A DNA stretch of 64,000 bases from the human T2T-CHM13v2.0 reference genome, Homo sapiens. The DNA is taken from assembly GCF_009914755.1 (NCBI RefSeq), contig NC_060927.1; one strand, written 5' to 3'. A model generated the notes under the pieces. It was given only the letters and a program-made list of their open reading frames with translations. It was not told where the DNA came from and did no database searches. Positions 12,731 to 26,340 of this stretch are shown here, in pieces (the first letter of the stretch is position 1; the number at the start of each line of letters is the position of its first letter). Position numbers and translations under genes: made by a program.

Positions 12731-14039
12731 AGCATCCAGTTGCAATGATGTTGCTATGGAACAGTTATGTCTTAAGGAATGAAACCCTGACTCTTCAGAT
12801 GACTGACGTGACCTAATGGTGAACTCACCGATTTAAAAACAGGGCAGTAGTTGGCTGCTATCCTGCCATTTCAAATCTGGCTCTCCAGGTGTTCAGGAAT
12901 ATTCATAATCAAAAGAACGTTAATTTATTTATGAAAATCTATACTATGCTACTCAGTTTTCTTAAAATGTTATTGTTCTGTGAAATTGATCCTCAGGTTA
13001 ATTTGGAGGGGTAAATAACTTGCCAGGTCAAAGTTTGAATAAATTAGAAAATGAAAGGCAGCATATGTTCTAAAAAATCTGAAAATTAGTTGCAAAGTCA
13101 CAGTTAATTTAATTATCTGGTCTTACTGCCTTGGAATAATAATGCAAAATGAGAATTATAATAAAATTAGCCTCAAATATAGTCCATGGAAAATTTTAAG
13201 ACATGATTTGGTTATCTACTTTAAATATAACTTTTAAAATCAAAGATATAATTTTAATGATAATAATCTATTTCATAAAGCCACATTTCCATTTCTATTG
13301 TGCAACCTAATGGAACACATTTGTTATCTACCACTATATTACATACTTTCATTGAATATTTTCAAATACAAATATGCAGACTAAAGATATAGAAAATAAT
13401 GTGCAAATACAGAGTTGAATAAAACCTCTTATATAAATACGGTTGAAATAGCGAGTAATGTATAATTATTCCAAGAAGCATAAGTAGGCAGATCTGGTAT
13501 TTTCTTGAGTATGGCTATATAAACTGTGGAAATGCATGGTATGCACACAATTTAAAATGTTTACTTGTAAGACATCTCTGCTTCTAGGGTTTAAACACTA
13601 CGCCAGGTCCAGTTTGAGTTACCTTTGGAAGAAAAAATAGAACTTCCTATTCTGTACAAATTTCAGGCCACTAATCTGCCTATTAATTATATTAAACACA
13701 CACATGCATACGCATACACAAGAGCCCGTGGTTTATTGTTCCCAAAACTCTGTTTACAAATTAAAGAATTTTCTGGTAGGATTCAGAATGATTTATGTCC
13801 ATTAAATTGACTTGGTAACCACCAAGCATCATCTAATTTAGAGTCCTTAGAATTGACAGTTAAATAAAACGAATGTTATTGAAGGTATTTTTCATAAAGT
13901 AAGCCTTCTTGCCTAGATAAAATCTCTTATTATCCATTTTGGATCTTACCTATCTTAGTAAAATACGATCATATTAAATTCCAAAGTCCAAGATGGGTTT
14001 TGCACATACATTGTAATTTCTAAAGTCTTTCTAAAAAAA

Positions 14040-14497
14040 ATCTCAATCCATGAAAAGATATGGAGGAACCATGAATGCATATTACTAATGTAAAAAAAAG
14101 GCTAATGTAAAAAGGCTACATACTGTATGATTCCAAATATATGACATTATGGAAAGAACAAATCTATGGAGACAGTAAAAAGATATTTGCCAGCAGTTTC
14201 ACGGAAGGAGGATAAATAGGCTGAGCACAAAGGACGGGCAGTGAAATTATTTTGTATGATGCTATAATGGTAGATATATGTCAGTACATATGAGTCAAAA
14301 TCCATAAGAACGGACAACACTGAGAGTGAACTCTTTGGGTGATATTGGTATGTGGATGTGGGTTCACTGATTGTTAAAAAATGTACCACTCTGGTGAAGG
14401 ATGTGTGGCACAGACCTGTAGCGGCAGTGTAGGGGATATATAAGAATTTTGTATTTCTTGCTTGAAGCTGCTCCAAAAATAGTAATTTAAAAAAAAA
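14040..14497 (+). mobile_element. L1MC-like 3' end
   Basis: 'aaaaggctacatactgtatgattccaaatatatgacatt..ggaaa', 'aaatgtaccactctggtgaaggatgt', A-rich end. Confidence 0.8.
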
Positions 14498-14755
14498 TTA
14501 CTAAAGCTTATATTTTCACCAGCAGCATTTGATATGAAAACAACTAATTGAAAATTTGGGATGTAACAAGCGCATTATACCTGTAGTTTTTCTTTGGTCC
14601 AATGGCCTCAAGTCAAAATCTGTTTAAGTAGATAAATAAGAACCCCTCCTCAAAAATAAACAAAAAAAAGATCACTCAGACACTACTTCCTTACGCCATT
14701 TTACCTTTTGACACAGCATGAAAAAGCATTTGAAACTTTTTTAAACATGTGGCTC

Positions 14756-15280
14756 TATTGATATATAATAGTTGTACATATTTTGGAGTACATGTGATAT
14801 TTTGATACTTGTATACTTAAAATGTGTAATGACCAATCAAGGTAATTGGGATATTCATTGCCTCTTATCTTTTCTTGTGTTGGGAACATTACAAATCTTA
14901 TCATCTAGGTACTTTGAAATATGTATGTAATAAAGTATTACTAGCTATAATCTCCTTACTGTACTATTGAATAGTAGAACCTATTTCTTCTATCTAAGTG
15001 TGTTTTTGTATCCCTTAACCAACTTCTTTTCTTCCCTACCTCTCTTCCTCTTCTCAGGCTCTGGTTACCACGATTCTACTCTTCTACTTCCATTAGGTCC
15101 ACTTTTTCAGCTCCCTCATAGGATGGAAAACATGTGATATTTGTCTTTGTGTTTCTGGCTTATTACACTTAACATAATTGCTTCTATATTGCTGAAAATG
15201 ACAACATTTCATTCTTTTTTATGGCTCAAAAATATTCCATTATGTACACATACCACATTGTCTTTATTCATTTGTTGATG
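14756..15280 (-). mobile_element. L1MA-like 3' UTR fragment
   Basis: 'gttgtacatattttggagtacatgtgatattttgatac', 'ctggcttattacacttaacataat', 'atttcattcttttttatggct'. Confidence 0.85.
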
Positions 15281-15486
15281 ATATTTAATTACATTTTCAT
15301 TCATTTAGTAACTGTCTCTCCTAGTAAAACTTGAGCAAATCACAGGAGATCTGGGACTTGGGCTATATTGATCACTGATGTGTAGGCTTTGCACTTAACA
15401 TATTGCCCAGCACGTTAAGTGTTTCAAAATATCTGGGGACTATTATATCACTGATGACTTGTGTTTGATTAAAATATGTATTTGGA

Positions 15487-15826
<340 letters not shown>

Positions 15827-16123
15827 GGAACAATTACAACAAAATGTTAAGATAGTTAAAGTTGTGTGGTAAATATATGTCTTCATTATAGTATTTTCTA
15901 TAGATCCCAATATGTTTGAAATACCCCATAAGTGAAGAAAATGAAAAGCTCTGTAAGTAGCTAGAATATGTTTTGAATTCAGTAAAATATTGGCAAACAA
16001 CAAAAAATGAACAAATGATTAATCAAATTAAATATTTTAGTTTGTGTTTGAAGAACACATTAATTTTGAAAATGTGTATATAGAATGCTTGATTGTGGAT
16101 TTTTAGTGATTGTATGTTTAATT

Positions 16124-17004
16124 TGAATCAGAATATTTCCCTGACCCCTTTGTGGGCGGGAACTGGAGTACACAAATGCTGGAATCAGCCGGCCATTCTG
16201 GCACAGGCAGTGGTGAACTCTACTCACTGGAACCTGCTGCATTCCACCCCTTGTGGGAGGGAGCATAGAGGTGAGTGGGGGCAGAACCCAGGGAGAATGC
16301 TTTTGGTTGCCGGCAGGAACAAACTCTGTACTAGCCCTGCTGCAGTGTCTGGGAGGGGTGCTCAGGACCCCTCAAGCTCCAAAGGAAGTGTTACAGAGCT
16401 CTTGTAGCTCAGCCATCCACAGACGGCTTAAGTGTTAACAGCTCAGTGGACACTCTTCCTTTTTGCGTGAGGTGGCTGGGGTCTGCCAGTGAGGGCAAAG
16501 GGTCAGTGTGACAGCCTTTTGCCTCCACACTCGTTGCACCTGAGCTCTTGTCTAGTGTCCAGGAGAAATGAGGTAGCATGAATGAATTCAAGGATGGTAA
16601 ATAGGAGGGATTTGATTGCCAATGGAGGTGGCTCTCAGTGGGAAGGGGAGCTAAAAAGGGGAGTGGACAGGAAGATAATCTCCTGAAGTCTGGCTATCTC
16701 TGGATGGATTCTTCTCCAAAGTTATGCCATCAAACTGTCTCTCTGAAGTCAAGCTGCTTCTCTCTGACGTACAGCCATAGTCTCTGATGTCCAGCTGCTT
16801 CTCGTGTCTCTGCCGGCTGAGCCTGGGGTTTTTATGGGCACAGGATAGGGGGTGGGGCAGACCATGCATGGTTTAGGAAAAGATAACATTCGAGCAGGAA
16901 AACAGGAATGTCAGTTCTCACTTTAGTGGGTGGTTTCAGGCTCTTCGCCCTTGCCAGGGACCTGCCCTCTTCTGCCCAGAATTTCCTGCCTCCTGTCCCT
17001 ATAA
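16124..17004 (-). mobile_element. ERV1 solo LTR (LTR27/LTR28/LTR1-related)
   Basis: Reverse complement begins like TGATAGGGACAGGAGGCAGGAAATTCTGGGCAGAAGAGGG; GC-rich against the flanks; 4-bp TSD AATT at 16120-16123 and 17005-17008. Confidence 0.85.
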
Positions 17005-18249
17005 AATTGTCATATAAAGCCTATTCAGTCTTGATGAAAATAATTTTTAGTATGTTAGTAACATGTCATCTTATTCTTTAGGAATTACACAAGTGATATG
17101 AAATATTTTCATTTTATGTACAGGATTTTCACATATAAATATTTCTTGTTCTTCAGACTATGCTTCCTTTTTATTTAGTTACAAAACTTAAATTACCCCC
17201 TTATTTTGTCAAATGCTAGTAATTTGGGTTTGTGGTTATTATATTTCAGTTTAATTTTGAATATAGCCTGAGACAAAAGCCACACCCAGTGGTGTCTCCT
17301 AGTGAACACAGCTGGTTTTATTCCAGTTCCTTGTAAATCCTCACCTATTTCACAGAAAATTCCAACCTAATTGGCAACCTTCCTGTTTGTATCTATGAAA
17401 AAGCTGCAAGTTGAATACACTGTTACTGATCCTCAAGAATAAACAGAAAACATCAACAAGTCGATTTGTATCTCTAAGGAAATATGCAACAAATCAATAT
17501 AAAAGCCAAGTGTGATTTTGGAATGGCATTACATTTTCAGGGTTATTTATTAAAAGTAATTTAAAATTTTCAATTCAGAAAACTGAGAGACTCAAAACAA
17601 CTTATGACATTTAATTTTAGCAAGAGCCACATGTTTCTTTTCACAATAGCTAGTATTAAACAATTGTTATGTTAAGGCTAATCATTTCCTTAAAAAGGTA
17701 TTTAAAAGACATTTTAATGGAATGAATGTCCTGATTATTTTGGATTTATTAATGCATTCATTTAAAGCATTTGTGGTCATTACTTCAGTATAAACTGAAA
17801 TTCTATCCTCTTATATTTTTCTGAACACATAAAAGACCCTGCTGCAAGTTAGCACATTCAATAAGACATTTAAATCCACAAATATACCTTAAAACTACTC
17901 AATATTTTAACTATTTAGGATGTCAATGATATCCTTAGGAGTTCCAAATACTTTGTGAGGAATGAATTTTTTTTAATTAGATTTTTAAAACTTTTAAGTG
18001 AAGCCTTAGGTTGGTGCTTCCCAAACTCCTTAAAAAATTGAGAGCCATAAACCAAGCCTAGTCTGTTTAATTCCAAAGCTTCACATGCACTATGATTTTA
18101 TGTATCAGAAGCAATGTTTCAGATTAGGATTCAGAAAACTTTAATCCTTACTCTGTGTTGATACACTTTTGTGCTGCTGGTATAAAAAAATACAGATTAT
18201 TTTAAAAATTTTGATTACTTTGAAAAGTAGCCATGTTTATTTTACACAT

Positions 18250-18595
18250 AATATTTATACAGAAAAATTAAAAATTTAAAAATTTGGATAAGCAAAATCA
18301 AAAAGAGAATAATTATGTGAGAAAAAAACAAGAGATAATTTATACTATCATTTTAGTTTGTTGTCCTCCATTATTTTTCTATAATTATTATTTGTATACA
18401 TACATTATGAATATGAAGCACAAATAGCTGATGTTTTTAGTTACAAATATTTTACGAGTATTTATCTATTAATAAATATAAATGTACCATAATTTTAATA
18501 TTAATAGCTGAACAGTGTCCTTATATGAGTGTAGAATAGTTATTATTTACTCAATCTACAATTTCTAGATAAATAACTTTCTAATTTATTTGCTC
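18250..18595 (-). mobile_element. Very old L1ME/MC-like 3' fragment
   Basis: Weak similarity: 'taatagctgaacagtgtcc..atatgagtgtagaatagttattatttactcaatc'. Confidence 0.4.
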
Positions 18596-18782
18596 TCTCG
18601 TATATCTATGTATCTATATCTATTTTTGCTACATATGTTATCCTATATGCCATATATAATACAGATATATACTAGTCTTTCTGTCTCCCAAATTCCAGAG
18701 AACATTTAAAAGCTCTCTAAGAAGTACTTCTAAAGCGTGTTCTCTTTGCCTGTGGTGATAGAAAAAAAACTACCGCGCTTTT

Positions 18783-18836
18783 TGTGTGTATGTGTGTACA
18801 CCTGTGTGTGTATGCATGTATGTGTGCGTGTGTATG
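18783..18836. repeat. Imperfect (TG)n microsatellite
   Basis: 'tgtgtgtatgtgtgtacacctgtgtgtgtatgcatgtatgtgtgcgtgtgtatg'. Confidence 0.85.
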
Positions 18837-19205
18837 TTCCATTCACAAAACACTGAAAACTGTCTCTGAAATATTCCCCACACTCCAAGTTCATCAACTC
18901 CCGTATACAGTCTGGAGGCAGGCATACTGGGTAACGCAGGCAGAATTATTTTCACAGTGGTTTGACACTGGCCGCAAGGATGATATAGCATCTTCTTTAT
19001 GATACGGAGTACTTGGCAGTTACCATTTTGTTTTGATCTTTGAACTTCTGATGAAACACTAGGAAGGGAAGGAAACTATTACATGCTTTGGTAGATAGTT
19101 TAGACACATTGCAATGTAATTATGTTCTTTATCTTTGGAGTAGACTAAAAATATCTAAGAAACAATACTTACAGTAAAAAAAAAATTGTTCTTACTTTTT
19201 CTTCT

Positions 19206-19640
19206 ATGTCATTTAGGTTTATTTAGTTGCAAGTAACAAAGAGTGACCCTAACTGACAAACAGAAATTGAATTTTTTAAAAGAACAAGACTGCATGCAAG
19301 ATAAACAACAACAACCAAGAATAAAAATAAAAACTGAAAACCAGACTTAGAACAGACAAGAATAAGGGGAACACAGGCAAAGTTAGCCACCTGATATCCA
19401 CTGCTAGAATGCTTGAAGCTAAAGTAAAGATTGATATTTGGAGACAGAATCTGATGCAAGGAACTTCCAGGCATTCCTTTGACTTTTAGGAGGGGAAGAA
19501 AGAACCAACACACTGTTTTATCATTCCATTATCTGTAGGGTGCACAGTGTGGGAGATATAATGTCCCAGGGGGAAATCAGATGCTGTTACAAATGAGTCC
19601 GAGGAGCTAGGAAGCCAGAAACAACAAAAGTTGGCTGCAC
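19206..19640 (-). mobile_element. Old MLT1-type LTR
   Basis: 'tgtcatttaggtttatttagttgcaagtaacaaa' and 'cccagggggaaatcagatgctgttac'. Confidence 0.5.
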
Positions 19641-21100
19641 ACCCAGAAAGTCTTACTCTTCTGCACAGCTCAAATGGGAAAATATTGATATGTTCAGAGA
19701 TTTCAAGGAAATCAGCACCAATAACACTCTATTAAATATTAGAATGTATTAAATTTTATTCAGCCTACCTAATCAATTTATGTAGTATCTTCACTCACAT
19801 GATATATAGACAAAAATCTCACTAGGAAATGTTTTTACATCAAAAGTAACTTAGCAGACAAAATCTCCAGTGGAAAGTGTATACTGTGATTCTACTCCTG
19901 ATTTGGACTTAAAGCATAAAACATTATTTTAATTTTAAAATGTGATAGAAATGTCTATACTGCAAAATGAAGAACCTTAAGTGTAGAGTGTCTGGGGAGT
20001 TCTGGTACAGACTCCTGGTGCTTAACGTTACTTCATATCACTCAGTGAAGCACTGTTTTGGACATAATAAATTTGCATCATGAATTCCAGGTGAAAAAAA
20101 CCAACTCTTAAATTTCTTTCTATATTATGTGCCAATCAAAACCTCTTCTGATGATGAATTAACGTTAATCAAGTTTGATTATTAAAATACAAAACATTTT
20201 GGGGAGACTCTAATTATCACATTAGTAGATAGAAAATGGGAGGCTTTAGGTCACCACAGAATATTACTTTAGGGATTTTATCAGGCAAAAACACAAGTAT
20301 TAAAGAACAGCATCCTCTGAGATATCAGGGACCTGAGAAGAATTATTGTTCTCTTTGTTACTTTACTATTATATTTCCTTGGGTTTCTGAACCCCAAGGT
20401 AATACAATATAAAAACTAAAGCTAAGTTATTCTACACAAAATGTTCCAAATGGCTCTGTTTTGTCCAATCATATTAGTAAACATGTTTTCTCAAGGAATT
20501 AGTGTGCTAATTGTATACTCACCCATCTGGAGTTCACCTTGGGACTCTGTTGAATATGACCCCATCACTTAGAATGGACCAGAGAAGGGACAGGTACATG
20601 AATACTTCTGAGAAAGTTCAATCTCCAGTTATTAACCTTTCTTGACCTTTTGTCAATAGGACAATGGGACAATGACAAATCTAGGGTTAGCAATGAGCTG
20701 AGACATGGTAGTGAGATGCCTCAGGAAGTATTAACAAGTGTTGCTAAGAGTTGCACAGTGGCAGGTGGCCAGGTGGGTACCTTGTTAGCTTCAGATTTTT
20801 AACATTTACCTAGCTTACTGAGATTTAGGGGAAGATTTTAGTCACAATATTAGAAAAATCAGAATTATGTAAAGTGTATAAAAAGAATTTTGAAAAAGAA
20901 TGTGGGCAAAAATAGAAAACCTGAGAAAAGTTTTCTATTAAAAAAATGAACTTTGGAAAAAACAGAGCTATTTTTGTTAAACTCAGAATTGAGAAATGGA
21001 AACTAAGTTAAACCAATGTCAGCTAGCATGAGTGTGATAGTGGTAAACCCTAGAACACAGGGTTAGGGCTAGAATCCACTGTCCAAGTATTTAAAAACCA

Positions 21101-21432
21101 GGCCGGGTGCACTGGTTCACGCCTGTAATCTCAGCTCTTTGGGAGGCCTAGGCGGGTGCATCACTTGAGGTCGGGAGTTTGAGACCAGCCTGGCCAACAT
21201 GGTGAAACCCCGTCTCTATTAAAAATACAAAAATTAGCAGGGCATGGTGGAGGGCATCTGTAATCCCAGCTACTTGGAAGGTTGAGGCAGGAGAATTACC
21301 TGAACCCGGCAGGCAGAGGTTGCAGTGAGCCAAGGTCATGCCACTGCCACTGCACTCCAACCAGGGTGACAGCTGAGACTCTTTCAAAAACAAAACAATG
21401 CAAAACAAAAACAAACAAACAAAAAAACCCAC
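21101..21432 (+). mobile_element. Full-length AluS (Sx/Sz-like)
   Basis: Complete dimer with (CAAA)n-like tail; probable TSD aaaaacca/aaaaatca. Confidence 0.95.
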
Positions 21433-21763
21433 AAAAATCAGTTCACAACTTGCATGGGTTTCTGTCTCCCCTAAGTCTCCATATCTCAATGAATTTCTCC
21501 AGTTCTTGCAAACTGTCTCTTAAAATTTTCTTGTTTTCATGACTTCAGCTCAATTTATATTCTTTAACATATGCCCAGATAATTCTTCTTTGTTATTTCA
21601 TCTATATTGTCAACCATTTGGCTTTAACAGGCAGCAATTTTAATTGAAAGGCCTCATAATTGTGTATATGACTTGTTTACTGAATGGCAGCAAACAATGA
21701 ATAACTTAGCTTTAAAGATGAAGGCAGAGAAGAGGCAGAGGGAAAAACCTTAATTCTTTACGG

Positions 21764-22250
21764 TGACAGTTCCCAAAGAGTGATCTGCAGACCTTTAGGG
21801 ACACTTGGAACATTTCCATGGAGTTCCTGAGATCAAAATGATGGAAATGATAATTGCATGTGGCCATTTGCCTTTTTCATTTTTTTCTCTCATGTTGTAC
21901 AGAATATTTTTTTCAAAGACTACATTATCTGTGATATCACAACATTAAATGCAGAAGCATAAAGACAGTTGACTTCTATTGTCAGACATTAACAAGGCTT
22001 ATAAAAATAAAAATAATACCATACTACTTATGATTTTTTTAAAGAGAGTTTTTAAAAAAATGTAATTATTCATGTTAACATGTAGGGGTCTATTATCTTA
22101 AAAAATAAATTGATGAAGTTTCTTTTAGTTTTAATTTATAATTTTTGGATATTGACTGATTTAATCCAAATCAATAATAATTCTTTGGGGTTTCAAAAAA
22201 TATTTAGGAGTATAAAGGAGTTCTGAGGCCAAACATGTTGAGAATTGCTA
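21764..22250 (+). mobile_element. Charlie4a-like hAT non-autonomous DNA transposon, near full length
   Basis: Degenerate TIRs 'cagttcccaaagagtg' and 'atgttgagaattgcta'; internal 'atttgcctttttca', 'gtgatatcacaaca..aatgcagaagca', 'ttctttggggt'. Confidence 0.75.
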
Positions 22251-22472
22251 TTCTGTGTGGTTACTGACATTTCAAGACCTGGGAGTCTCAAAATCCTCTA
22301 GAGAAATGGAAACTTCCTGCAGCTCTGTTCAAAGAAGTATGCTAGGCACAGGCAATATTTATGAATGCAACATACAACTGAGCACTTTAACAAGATGCAT
22401 ATTCAGATTTAACACAGCGTGCTGAACACTGTCAACTTATTTATTTATCTTTATACCTTTGGAAGTGTGTCA

Positions 22473-22482
22473 GGGACTTTCC
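22473..22482 (+). promoter_or_regulatory. Canonical NF-kB motif GGGACTTTCC (motif only)
   Basis: Exact 10-mer in apparently non-repeat DNA; function not shown. Confidence 0.3.
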
Positions 22483-24149
22483 ATATGAGCCCAAGCTTCC
22501 ACCCATGAGCAACTGTTGCTGTCTCTGTGTTGACATGAATACTTCACGCTCTCAGGGCTTGATAGCATTAAGCAATAAAACATCCAATTAACTGCTCTCG
22601 CTTTATTCCCATGTTGACTGTGAAATCATATAATTATAATTTAACTTGCCTATAGGGAAGGAATATGCTGATCAGTAAGTAAATAGAAGTATTCTGTCCT
22701 CCTGATAGCTGTATGTTTTATTTAATAATAATCAGGTCTCACTTGGTTGTCTTATGAGTATGGTTAGCTTAACTTAACCCTCTGAAGACACTGATTCAGG
22801 GTCCAAAAATAATCCCATTTCTGAGCCTTCACAGCTGAGTGCCATGTGTAGAAATGGAATTCCTGTAAGTGAGTACCTCTGGAGGGTAGCCACCTCTCTC
22901 TTCTCTCTTAAATATGTGCCTTTTTGAAATTTGCAGTATTAATTTAAAATTTGTTTTACTCAGCATCGGACCTATAAGAGACACCAAAGATCCAACTCCC
23001 TTTATAACCACCTACATTGACTTTCACCTACAAGGTACACTGAGCATTGAAAGACTTTTTCAGTGTACAGATTTTAGCCAATATCTTTGTGTCTTAAATA
23101 TTATGGTGAAATATACAACCATTGCACTTCATAGAAAAAAAATGCGGCTGAGGAGTGAATTGACCATTGATCTCCATAAAAACACTTTTAGGCTGTTTGG
23201 GCATTAAGTGCTCTTAGAAGCTTATTGAACTTTTGAGCTATAACTTCAGATTTTCTACTAACTCTTTATTGCCATGATTTCTACGAGGGAGATGAGTGTT
23301 TCAAATTATGAGTGGAAAAATAAAAACCATTAACCTTTTCAGGTTAATTGTGTTACTTTTTTCACTACTGTAAACTATATAACTGGAACTAATGTTGTAT
23401 AAACGTGCCAAGGATGGTGCCTTTGACCCACCTTTAAAAGGCAATGTACACATTTGTGTTTTCTGGAGTGACGCATTTGTGTTGATGATATCAGACTCTT
23501 CCCAGAGTTGCCCCAAGCATATATATCTACAGTTCACTGCATTTCACTGAGAAGACTGTGACTCCTGTCAGCCTGTGTTAACAAAATCAAAACAAAAACC
23601 GTGAGGCTCATATAATCACACTTCCTTCATCCAATCAGCTGGTATGTGAGGTTTGTTTACCTGCCTGGCAGGCACCATCATTTTATAATGATTTTTCCTC
23701 TCCCAAACATTTATTTTGTCCGTATTGTGCCTGGACCCATGGGTGGACTAGACATCAATGTGTTAAGCCAGGATTATCATAGTTCCTTAAGAATAACTCC
23801 ATTTCGACCCCACTTAGACCCTTGGAAACAATGGAACACATATTTAAAACAATTAGTAGGGGTCAAGTGTACATTCTGTAACTGTGGAACCATTCATTCA
23901 TTGCATCCTAAAAAATCTAATATCTATTTTTCACTCAGGAACAAAATAATTAGTCCAGAGAATTCTGATCTGCGATGGTCTGAATATAAATGGGCTGGTA
24001 GAGCAGAATTTTCCGTCTATAAAAAGTAAAATAACAGTGAAATCATTTTCTTCCCCTCACACATGTTCCTATGATTTTCACCCATAGGAAATGTTAAGGA
24101 TTTATCAGGCAGAAAATTGTCAAAGGGATGTGTCTGGTCAGTATTAAGA

Positions 24150-24483
24150 AGCCACGGCTTTGCCACTTTCTCACAACTATGGCTAACTTATCGAAGGGGG
24201 AAATAAAGCCCTTCAGGCTGCTCTCAGAGGGAACAAGAAAAGGCTACATTGCTTCAAAAGCCTGGAGAGAATTCCAGTCAAATAGAGCTAGCTATAGAGA
24301 CAGAAAGATAAGAACACCTCTCTCAGCACTGACACATGAACTGCAGAGGAGGCCTCCTTCTATCTCTGCTTACTGCTGCAGGCAATCTGCCCAACACAAG
24401 CCTTAGCTAGTGAAATCAAAAGCAGCTTTCGGCCCTGGTCTTTGGAGCCTCATTTTGTTGCAGCAGCACTTTAGTTATCAGCA
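24150..24483 (+). mobile_element. Old MLT1-type LTR 3' part
   Basis: Ends 'ttggagcctcattttgttgcagcagcactttagttatcagca', resembling an MLT1 terminus. Confidence 0.4.
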
Positions 24484-24892
24484 CTATTTTTCAAAACACT
24501 CCTTCATTTAAAATTTACCTGCATCAAGAGTCGTAGATATAATAAGAGTTGTGCGTAAAGATGTTCACTTATAAATGCTAAAATGCCTCTAAAGTTTTCT
24601 AGTAGAAAAAAATATTTTTCTCGGTAGGATAAAGTCAAATAGAAGTCACTTAAAAATAAATAATTAACATGCAAATAAAAATTTCCTTCTCCCCTTTTCT
24701 GGAATAAAACAAAAATAAATTTTATCTTTCTAACATAGGAAGCAATAAAAAATATTGGCTGGTTCTTCCACTGGATCCTATATTAAATTCAAAAATGGCA
24801 ATCTTTTAAAACCTAATATTCTGGTAAATCATTATTATAATATGTAACAAATTATTCAAACTGCAGACTTTTTCAATAGTCAAAAGTATTAA

Positions 24893-24995
24893 TTACACAA
24901 ACATTTATTTAGCGCTTGCTATGTGCCAGGAAATAGGCTATATGAAGAGAATATGACAAAAAATTAATCCTTGCCTTTAAAGCTTTATGCAGCCA
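24893..24995 (-). mobile_element. L2 3' end fragment
   Basis: 'caaacatttattagcgcttgctatgtgccagg...ccttgcctttaaagct'. Confidence 0.65.
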
Positions 24996-26174
24996 ATTTA
25001 TAATGTAGTATAAACTATTAGACAACAAAAGAGAAATGATATGTGGATAAGAGATATGTGGATAATTTCTTTTGTAAGATAAACTATAAAATATAGTATA
25101 AAACAGTTATCCATATTTAATCCTGGGCTGCATAATAATTCTCTAATTTTGGAGAGTCATTTTTGGAGCACTGGATTTTTTCAAGTAATCTATCTCCTGG
25201 GAGCCTTGTATTTCAGCAACAAGATCAGGAGGAATTAATGGTATATTTGATTTACACAGGCCCAGATGTCTTCCTTGACAATGTCTTTCTTCACTCTTTA
25301 TACCAAATGGATTCATTCTCCTTGACTGCTGTGAAAAGGAGGGAGACTATTCCCTTATTCTAGTAGGCTGTCATAAAGCTGCGATCCCAGTTCAACTCAA
25401 GAGTGTTGCTTAGAAACTGAACGATCCCATCTTCCAGTCTTAGGACCAGTGTAAGATTGGTGGAGGAGATAAAACAACTTAATTTCCTTAACACTGAGTT
25501 CATTTGCTGATTTATTAATGGTTACAGGAAACTATGTCAAGGAATAAAATGATCATATTTTCTCAAATGCAGATAGTTTGATTTACATGAGTTCTACAAA
25601 ACATCAACCCTTTCCAATCTTGGTTCCTTGATCGGCTGTGCTTGTATTTTTCCTTCCTACATCTGTTTGTTCTCCTTGTTACTCCTGAAGAATCCCTTAG
25701 TGCCTTCTTAGCTATGCCCGAATTTGGCTGTTTTAATCTACTTTAAATTATCATGCCAATAATAAGAACAGTATTTTTATATCCCAGGCCACCTTGTTAG
25801 ATTTATGGGCATGCCCCCCTGATGGCAATTCTAAGTTGATTTTATCTAAATATTAGTAAACCGCAGGGTGCTACTGTATTGACTATTATGCAAAATATCA
25901 GATGCTTATTTTCCATTATATTGTATAGAAAGTTGTTGGTTTAAAACTGACATGTGTGTTTTTCCACTGTCCTTGTAGTTTTGGTTTGATTTTTGGTATA
26001 AATCTGTTCTTCTTATATATTTAGAATAAATTTCACATACATTATTTTTCTCCCTCACATTCTATACATCGTACCGTGATTTTTAAATTGGACACTTTGA
26101 AAAGAAAGTAGGCAATTGGAAACAAAGCAAAAAGACTATGAATAAACAATAGATAATATTCCAGTTTATTAAAC

Positions 26175-26340
26175 TATTAATTGGCATGGTTGCTTGTTGT
26201 CAACTGAGCATAGATAGGAACTTTGAAGAACCAAGTGTGAAAATTTGATGACAAGGATGCCTGTGGAAGAGTTATGCAGATGAACCCCCATAAATATGGA
26301 GATAATATGAAACTGGGACCATGTGAATGTCACCAGTCAT
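26175..26340 (+). mobile_element. ERVL internal (pol, RNase H region) relic
   Basis: 'aaaatttgatgacaaggatgcctgtggaagagttatgcagatgaac' and 'catgtgaatgtcaccag' resemble ERVL pol KIGDKE-WGRGMW-DL and HVNAHQ, with frameshifts. Confidence 0.55.

Noticed and set aside
16060-16869. GC-richer block with several ORFs resembling an exon or promoter
   Set aside because: Lies within an ERV1 solo LTR bounded by an AATT TSD.
21148-21542. 113-aa and 86-aa ORFs, and similar ORFs at 3123, 28175, 51395, 52219, 54200, 55908, 56906, 58574 and 62503
   Set aside because: Typical Alu-derived translations ([25 protein letters not shown]) lying inside Alus.
23646-24029. Longest ORF in the window (127 aa)
   Set aside because: Non-ATG (GTG) start, no recognisable domain or exon structure; length compatible with chance in 64 kb.
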